This document shows positions 38,488 to 44,844 of a stretch of DNA of 44,844 nt, piece by piece; position 1 is the first letter of the stretch; every line of letters starts with the position of its first letter. Source of the stretch: a bacterium (GTDB taxonomy: Bacteria > Bacteroidota > Ignavibacteria > UBA10030); NCBI GenBank assembly GCA_043803945.1, contig JAZDJN010000114.1, forward strand, positions 1 to 44,844. Direction: 5' to 3'. A program made the position numbers and the translations under genes. Below the pieces are notes generated by a model. It had not been told where the DNA came from. It saw only the letters and a list, made by a program, of their open reading frames with translations, and did not search any database.

Positions 38488-40149
38488 ATGTCCACTATTA
38501 CTCTCAGTCTTGTCGATTGGCTTATCATTGGAATTTATTTTGCTTTCATCCTCGGGCTTGGATATTACCTGAAACGGTTCACGAAGAATCAGGAAGATTT
38601 TTTCATGGCCGGACGCAGGAACAGCGCATGGGTTGCCGGACTGGCATTTCTTTCGGCGAACCTTGGTGCACTGGAACTCATGGGAATGGCAGGCAACACA
38701 TACAAGTATGGTATGTATGTTGCCCATTTCTATTGGGTTGGCGCCATTCCGGCAATGATCTTCCTCGGCATCTATATGATGCCCTTTTATTACAGCAGCC
38801 GTATTCATTCCGTTCCCGGTTACCTGAAGTATCGCTTTGATGAAAAGACTCGTGTTCTCAACGGCATCGCCTTCGCCATCATGACCTTGCTCGTCTCCGG
38901 GATCAACCTTTATGCGATGGCCCTGGTGCTGCATACATTTCTCGGTTGGAATTGGGACATCTGCATGTGGTCCTCGGCTTTAACTGTCGCACTCTATGTT
39001 ACGATGAGCGGACTCCTCTCAGCCATCTTCACGGAAATAATTCAATTCTTTCTCATTTGGTTTGGACTCTTTCTCGTCACCTTCCTTGGTATTCTTGAAA
39101 TCGGAAGCTTGAAAGAGATCTTCGCCCGTGTACCACAATCGTTCTCAACACTCTGGTCGACATCAATGGATGCTTCGCAGAACGGTATGCAAATTACTTG
39201 GGCGGGTGTTGTGCTCGGACTGGGCTTCGTGCTCTCGTTCGGATACTGGACCACCGACTTCCTCGTTGTGCAGCGGGCATTTTCCGCAAAGGACATGCGC
39301 TCTGCCCGGATGACTCCCATCATCGCCTCGTTTTTCAAGATGGCAGTTCCTTTTATCGTTATCATTCCGGGACTTGTGGCTCTCATCCTTGCCAGTGACC
39401 CGAAATATGGATTTGCCCTTCTTCAGGATGGGGGACAAATCAACTACGACTCGACATTGCCGATGCTGATTGCCCGATACTATCCGGCAGGCCTGGCGGG
39501 ACTTGGTATTACGGCACTCTTGGCCGGATTTATGGCCGGACAGGCAGGCAACGTGAGTGCATTTAACACAGTATGGACCTATGACATTTATAAATCCGTC
39601 CTTAATAAAAATGCTTCGGATGATCATTTGCTCTGGATGGGGCGAGCAACAACAATTGTTGGCATCGTTCTGAGTGTTGGAACGGCGTACTGGGCAAAAA
39701 GTTTTCCGAGCATTATGGATTATATGCAGGCGATCTTCTCATGGGTGAATGCTCCATTGTTTGCGACAATGCTGCTCGGAATGTTCGTCTGGTGGATTAC
39801 TCCGAGCGGCGCGTTCTGGGGACTTGTGTGCGGAATGGTTTCATCCTTTACCATGTTTCTTGCTGTAAAGTTTAATTGGATCAATCCACAAATCTTGACA
39901 CTCTCCTCGCCGGTGAGCGATATGGCAGCGAACTTCTGGCGTGCCTGGTGGGCGTGGCTGATCTGCTTTGCGGTGACCATCATGGTCAGTTTCCATACCA
40001 AACCAAAAACTAAAGAAGAGCTAGTAGGGCTCGTTTGGGGAATGACCGATGCACAGGCCCTGGAGAGAACTCACTGGACGAAGAGGCCTGAGTTCTATGC
40101 TGTAATTTCCGTCATAATCTTTGTTGCACTGAACATTTATTTCTGGTAG
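38488..40149 (+). CDS. Sodium:solute symporter (SLC5)
   Basis: EDFFMAGR, SANLGALELMG, GYWTTDFLVVQR and AFNTVWTYDIY motifs. Confidence 0.92.
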   Translation: MSTITLSLVDWLIIGIYFAFILGLGYYLKRFTKNQEDFFMAGRRNSAWVAGLAFLSANLGALELMGMAGNTYKYGMYVAHFYWVGAIPAMIFLGIYMMPFYYSSRIHSVPGYLKYRFDEKTRVLNGIAFAIMTLLVSGINLYAMALVLHTFLGWNWDICMWSSALTVALYVTMSGLLSAIFTEIIQFFLIWFGLFLVTFLGILEIGSLKEIFARVPQSFSTLWSTSMDASQNGMQITWAGVVLGLGFVLSFGYWTTDFLVVQRAFSAKDMRSARMTPIIASFFKMAVPFIVIIPGLVALILASDPKYGFALLQDGGQINYDSTLPMLIARYYPAGLAGLGITALLAGFMAGQAGNVSAFNTVWTYDIYKSVLNKNASDDHLLWMGRATTIVGIVLSVGTAYWAKSFPSIMDYMQAIFSWVNAPLFATMLLGMFVWWITPSGAFWGLVCGMVSSFTMFLAVKFNWINPQILTLSSPVSDMAANFWRAWWAWLICFAVTIMVSFHTKPKTKEELVGLVWGMTDAQALERTHWTKRPEFYAVISVIIFVALNIYFW

Positions 40150-40158
40150 GAGGAACTG

Positions 40159-40362
40159 ATGAAACCGATCTGGTTTTTTGTTGGCATTCTTTTAATGATC
40201 CTTGGCGTCTTGATTTTCGTGACCGGCATCATTCTCTATATCTCTCCTCCCGAACGGCAGCCGGTGTTAGGTGAGCTTCATCCGGATATTTGGTGGGGCG
40301 CATTGATGACCATTGCCGGTACGATATTTTTACTGGCGAATAGAAAAAAGACGGTAGCATGA
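40159..40362 (+). CDS. Small two-TM membrane protein after an SSS gene
   Basis: GGAGG RBS and two hydrophobic helices around LHPDIWWG. Confidence 0.75.
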   Translation: MKPIWFFVGILLMILGVLIFVTGIILYISPPERQPVLGELHPDIWWGALMTIAGTIFLLANRKKTVA

Positions 40363-40363
40363 G

Positions 40364-40561
40364 AATGCAAAATTCAAAATGAAAAATGCAAAGTGACAAT
40401 GCAAAATTCAAAAGTAAAAATGAAAAGTTGTGAGAGAGCATTTGAGGTAAATACAGGATAATGGGTGGCTGCTTTACCTCCCGGCATAGAATATTTTTAT
40501 AAATTTTAAAAAGTTTTTTCCATCTTCTCATTTTTTAATTTTTCATTTTCAATTTTTAATT
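40364..40561. repeat. Inverted 7-mer arms (AATGCAA/AATTCAA...TTTCATT/TTCAATT) around ~100 bp
   Basis: Left arm 40364-40426 and right arm 40526-40561. Confidence 0.8.
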
Positions 40562-40566
40562 GTCCC

Positions 40567-42045
40567 ATGGCTTCTCCCCGACATTATGTCGCATTTGATC
40601 TCGGTGCCGAAAGCGGACGCGTGCTGCTCGGCACCCTGGAAAATCAAACACTCTCCCTTGAAGAGATTCACCGTTTTCCCAATGGTCCCGTACTGGTCAA
40701 CAATTCAATGCGGTGGGATATTCTCCGTATCTATGATGAGCTAAAAGTTGGGCTCAAAAAGATTGTCGGACGCAAGATTAGCATTGAAAGCATCAGTTGT
40801 GATTCGTGGGGTGTCGATTATGTGTTGTTGAAAGGCACCGAGCCGATGTTGGGTGTGCCGTACCATTATCGGGATGCCCGCACCGATATGGGTTTCGAGC
40901 ATGCATTCAAGCTGATGCCAGCCGACCAGATATTCGGAGAGACCGGCATCCAGTTCATGACACTCAATACTCTCTATCAGCTTCACGCCGATCTCCGTGA
41001 GCAACCCGAGAAACTCCGCTCCGCAGATCTATTTCTGAACATAGGAGATTACATCAATTATCTTTTTTCGGGAGTGCGGAAGTGTGATGAATCTCTCGCA
41101 AGCACGACCCAGTGCTATGATCCGAGAACACGGTCGTGGTCGACAGTGATCATTGATCGGTTTGGTTTTCCGCAACATGTTTTTCCCGAAGTGGTTAAGT
41201 CGGGTACTCTATTGGGCCCGATTCTGCCTGCCGTGGGAAAAGAGTCGGGATTTCAAAATGTTCAGGTGATAACGGGTTGCTCGCACGATACGGGGGCTGC
41301 TGTAGCGGCTGTTCCTGCTGAAGGAACGGGTTGGGCATATCTGAGTTCTGGAACGTGGTCGTTGTTGGGAGTTGAGCGAAGTACACCGATAATCGATGAT
41401 AAGAGCCGATATTATAATTTCACAAACGAAATTGGGTACGGCGGCAGTATTCGTTTCCTGAAAAACCTTATTGGACTCTGGTTAGTGCAGGAATGCCGGC
41501 GTGAGTGGGCACGTGAAGGGAAGAACTACACCTATGAAGAATTGACTGCAATGGCAGAACAGGCAGAGCCGTTACATTCATTGATAGATCCTTCTGATGC
41601 ACGGTTCCTCAAGCCTGAGTGTATGACGAAAGCGATTGAAGAGTTTTGCCGGGAAAGCAGTCAACCTGTACCGTCGCAGCCCGGGGAATATATTCGATGT
41701 GCCCTTGAGAGTCTGGCATTATTGTACCGCACCACACTCGAACAGCTTGAAGATACCACAAAGGAAAAAATCTCAACCCTGCACATTGTCGGCGGGGGAA
41801 GTAAGAACACATTGCTCAATCAATTTGCCGCTAACGCTTCAGGGCGAACCGTCATCGCAGGTCCTGTAGAATGCACAGGAATCGGTAATGTTGTGGTGCA
41901 AGCAATGACGCTTGGACATATCGGGACGCACCGTGAAGCTCGGGAGATTGTAAAAAAATCATTTCCTCTTATTACCTATCACCCGGAGAATCCGGGAGTT
42001 TGGCACGAAGCCTACAAGCGATTTCAGGAAATGAGGAGGGCATAA
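40567..42045 (+). CDS. rhaB: Rhamnulokinase (FGGY family)
   Basis: AFDLGAESGR, EIHRFPN, DSWGVDY, YRDART, SHDTGAA, SSGTWSLLG and FLKNLIGLW motifs. Confidence 0.88.
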   Translation: MASPRHYVAFDLGAESGRVLLGTLENQTLSLEEIHRFPNGPVLVNNSMRWDILRIYDELKVGLKKIVGRKISIESISCDSWGVDYVLLKGTEPMLGVPYHYRDARTDMGFEHAFKLMPADQIFGETGIQFMTLNTLYQLHADLREQPEKLRSADLFLNIGDYINYLFSGVRKCDESLASTTQCYDPRTRSWSTVIIDRFGFPQHVFPEVVKSGTLLGPILPAVGKESGFQNVQVITGCSHDTGAAVAAVPAEGTGWAYLSSGTWSLLGVERSTPIIDDKSRYYNFTNEIGYGGSIRFLKNLIGLWLVQECRREWAREGKNYTYEELTAMAEQAEPLHSLIDPSDARFLKPECMTKAIEEFCRESSQPVPSQPGEYIRCALESLALLYRTTLEQLEDTTKEKISTLHIVGGGSKNTLLNQFAANASGRTVIAGPVECTGIGNVVVQAMTLGHIGTHREAREIVKKSFPLITYHPENPGVWHEAYKRFQEMRRA

Positions 42046-42135
42046 AAAGAAAGATTTTTATAAAATGGCCTCCGAGATTAATATCTCATGGAGACCTATA
42101 TACTCCTCTCACTTCTAACTTCTTTCATCTCACTT

Positions 42136-42384
42136 TCATATTAACGGAATCTGCAGGTCTCGGCAAATTTTCTTTGCGAGAAAGTCGTTGATTTCGCGAT
42201 GGCGGGGGAGAGTGGATACTTTCAGGATTCGATTCGCTTCAAGGACCATTGCAATTGCTTCTTTGAGATTTGACCGGACTTCTCTTAATGTAGCTCCTTG
42301 TGTATTTGCGCCCGGAAGCTCTTCAACAAATCCGATATATCCTTCAGGCACCTTCTGAAATACCATATTGAATTTAACTTTCAT
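42136..42384 (-). CDS. In-frame HicB(N)-HicA(C) deletion fusion
   Basis: GYIGFVEELPGANTQGATLREVRSNLKEAIAMVLEANR (HicB) is joined to VSTLPRHREINDFLAKKICRDLQIP (HicA C-half). Confidence 0.75.
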   Translation of the reverse strand: MKVKFNMVFQKVPEGYIGFVEELPGANTQGATLREVRSNLKEAIAMVLEANRILKVSTLPRHREINDFLAKKICRDLQIPLI

Positions 42385-42456
42385 CTGAGCTTTCCTTCAA
42401 AGGTTCTGTACCATGTTAGTAAGAAAGCGAGGGAAAGGCAAGGAACGCCGCAGACA

Positions 42457-44094
42457 AGAAGTCCGTCTTTTCTCATCGATCTGAAAGAGCTCTAAGAACA
42501 GTGAAAGATTGTACGAGAGTTATGCTGCAATAAAACAATGGGAGATTACCCACTATGGAGAAGAAAGAGTTTGTACGACTTGAACAAAGAGTACATAAGA
42601 AAGAACATGACGTAAGCCCCCAAATAAGCGATTCCTTCCGAAGAGAAACCCCTGGTGCCATCCAATTCCTCATGAATGAAATATTCAATTTATGGTGGTG
42701 TAAATTCCACCATCTAATGGTTGATTTTAACATGCCCAATTATTACCTTATACACAAATGATTACACGCCACATACAGAAAGCGCTGCAGGATGCATTAC
42801 GCGACACACCGGTGGTGTTCGTCAATGGCCCGCGACAGGCGGGAAAAAGCACTCTTGTCCATACTCTGATAGAAAAATCGTACTCCGCGACCTATGTCAC
42901 ATTCGACGATGCCACGATGCTTTCTGCTGCCCGTTCCGATCCGGCTGGATTTCTTCAGGGATTTTCTGGAAACCTTATTCTCGATGAGGTTCAGCGTGTT
43001 CCCGATTTGTTTCTTTCAATAAAAGCTGAAGTTGATCGCTCTCGGAAACCGGGTCGATTCATCCTTACCGGCTCTGCCAATGTCCTACTATTACCAAAGA
43101 TTGCCGAATCACTTGCCGGCAGAATGGAGATCCTTACACTTTGGCCCTTTTCACAGGGAGAAATCGAAAATAGGAGAGAGCGTTTCATCGATCGTATCTT
43201 TTCTGAAGCGCCAATCCATACTACTCTCGGAACAGTATCGAAGAACCAAATTATTGAAAGGGTTTCAATCGGAGGATTCCCGGAAGCTCTTTTGAGGGAT
43301 TCCGAGACAAGAAGGAATGCCTGGTATGGTTCATATATCACGACGATCCTTCAACGCGATGTGCGTGACATTTCCCGCTTAGAGGGGCTGACACAATTAC
43401 CCAAGTTATTATCGTTACTAGCAACGCGTGTTGCACAACTATTAAACATTGCCGCTCTCTCAAATGCCTGTGCAATTCCACAGACAACATTGAAACGCTA
43501 TCTCACTCTCCTGGAGACAACCTATCTTATCCATTTGCTGCCTGCATGGTCTGGTAATTTAGGTAAACGGTTGATCAAAACACCAAAGGCATTTTTGTGC
43601 GATACAGGTCTCTTGACATACTTACTGGGAAGCAATACGGCACAGTTACAAGCGCAAGCAACAATGTTTGGACCGGTGCTGGAGAATTTCATTATGATGG
43701 AATTATTGAAACAAATTTCGTGGAGCAAGACTGATCCTTCGCTATATCACTTTCGGACGTTGCGAGGTCAGGAGGTTGACCTTGTTCTAGAAGACCGTAA
43801 ACGGAACATCGTGGGGATCGAAGTTAAAGCCAGCAGCACGGTTACAAATGCAGACTTTAAGAACATCAAAGTGCTGCAAGAGATTAGCGGAAACAAATTC
43901 CACCGGGGAGTTGTTTTGTACACTGGATCGTCAATAATACCATTCGGCAAAAGCCTTTTTGCTTTCCCTGTTCACTCGCTTTGGATGCTGTAATCCTTCT
44001 TGCATGGAGATAAGCGATCATTTTTTTGCCACTCCAGAGGGGAAAGAAATTCGGCTTTTTCCTTTGATCTATCTGGGCAAAAAGATGGACTTCT
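42457..44094. mobile_element. 1.64-kb transposase-free element bounded by 15-bp IRs, carrying an AAA ATPase gene
   Basis: Left end AGAAGTCCGTCTTTT and right end AAAAGATGGACTTCT (14/15 match). Ends are shared with the 19708 and 44367 copies. Confidence 0.6.
42758..43993 (+). CDS. AAA_14 ATPase with DUF4143 and C-terminal PD-(D/E)xK-like tail
   Basis: GPRQAGKST, ILDEVQ, LTGSA, SLAGR, GGFPE, KTPK...DTGL and EVDLV...IEVK motifs. Confidence 0.92.
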   Translation: MITRHIQKALQDALRDTPVVFVNGPRQAGKSTLVHTLIEKSYSATYVTFDDATMLSAARSDPAGFLQGFSGNLILDEVQRVPDLFLSIKAEVDRSRKPGRFILTGSANVLLLPKIAESLAGRMEILTLWPFSQGEIENRRERFIDRIFSEAPIHTTLGTVSKNQIIERVSIGGFPEALLRDSETRRNAWYGSYITTILQRDVRDISRLEGLTQLPKLLSLLATRVAQLLNIAALSNACAIPQTTLKRYLTLLETTYLIHLLPAWSGNLGKRLIKTPKAFLCDTGLLTYLLGSNTAQLQAQATMFGPVLENFIMMELLKQISWSKTDPSLYHFRTLRGQEVDLVLEDRKRNIVGIEVKASSTVTNADFKNIKVLQEISGNKFHRGVVLYTGSSIIPFGKSLFAFPVHSLWML

Positions 44095-44366
44095 CAAAAT
44101 AATAGACCTTCGGAAGGTCTAAAGGAATAATGCAGCGATACCTTCGAAGGTTCTCTTTGCCCGAACCGTTCCCTCCCATCAGATGCAAACTGCGTAGGGA
44201 ACAGTTCGATGCTTTTCTCTGTGGAAGCTCCATAAAATATTTTCGCCTAAAAAAGGTTGTCAACCGGCGAATGAGTCAAACTTCCAACCTATGACATTGA
44301 GATATCTTCGCTGGCAAACGCATCTCGCTCAAGCCCTCGGCGGGGATGCCTTCGGGCTAGCGTAGA

Positions 44367-44450
44367 AAGAAGTCCGTCTTTTCTCTTCGATCTGAAAGAG
44401 ATCTATAAACAATGAAGGATTGAACGAGAGTTATGCTGTAATAAAACAAT
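44367..44450. repeat. Second copy of the 84-bp left end
   Basis: 76/84 identical to 42456-42539 by manual alignment. Confidence 0.92.
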
Positions 44451-44495
44451 CTACGGATTTCTGCCAAGTCAATAGTAAAATTGTACATTAACAAT

Positions 44496-44777
44496 GTGAA
44501 AAAACTAAGAATTTATCTTGATACATCAGTTATTGGTGGCTGTTTCGATCCGGAGTTCTCTCCATGGTCAAATGGATTATTACGGGATATTCAGGATGGA
44601 ATATTTATTGCCGTACTTTCTCCTCTCATTTCAGATGAAGTAGAGAACGCGCCTCAACAGGTCAGGGAGATATTTTCGAAATTGCTCAACGAGGGTCCTG
44701 AGTTAGCCCAAGTTCGACAGTTCAAAAATATTTTTGATCATTTTCTGATGAAAGTCCGCGAATGGAGCGAGCATTAG
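44496..44777 (+). pseudogene. PIN-domain (VapC-like) protein, C-terminally truncated
   Basis: RIYLDTSVIGGCFD-EF N-terminus and SDEVENAP are present. The downstream DAxH and SWN-type motifs are absent. Confidence 0.7.
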
Positions 44778-44844
44778 GCGATTCTCTATAAAAGTGCTAT
44801 GTAGTGCCGACCTACCCCCTTGCGGAGGGCATGGTCGCTGTAGT

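Noticed and set aside
42519-42525. GTTATGC inside the 84-bp repeat as an integron core site
   Set aside because: No inverse core or attC-like stem nearby. A 7-mer match is expected by chance.
42473-42761. 68-aa and 88-aa ORFs upstream of the AAA ATPase
   Set aside because: No recognisable motif; they overlap the repeat end and the likely promoter region.
1-44844. tRNA, rRNA, riboswitch or intact integrase/transposase genes
   Set aside because: None recognised by eye. A covariance-model search would be needed to exclude small RNAs.

Overview
A 44.8 kb bacterial chromosomal window. Gene content (Tat-exported GH109, GH2, GH95, many SLC5 symporters) and repeat style suggest an Ignavibacteria/Bacteroidota/KSB1-like organism; this is inference. 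The backbone carries uup, prfC, two Gfo/Idh/MocA oxidoreductases, an SDR, a HAL-type ammonia-lyase and a ~20 kb sugar-utilisation cluster (UroD-like protein, 4 SSS and 1 MFS transporters, GH2, GH95, a cytidylyltransferase-GHMP kinase fusion, rhamnulokinase). Accessory DNA is scattered through it. (1) An integrase-less integron cassette array (14.8-18.5 kb, minus strand) carries DUF2971 and two nuclease-like genes, the latter probably forming one two-gene cassette. (2) A family of transposase-free elements is bounded by the 15-bp inverted repeat AGAAGTCCGTCTTTT; it appears once empty, once around an AAA ATPase gene, and once as a left end before a PIN gene. (3) There is a DUF488 two-gene module. 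(4) Four toxin-antitoxin/regulator loci each lack their catalytic part. (5) Two gene 3' ends are duplicated. (6) Many small palindromic and 7/8/9-mer intergenic elements are present, along with a RAYT transposase remnant. All family calls come from motif recognition by eye; no database search was run.
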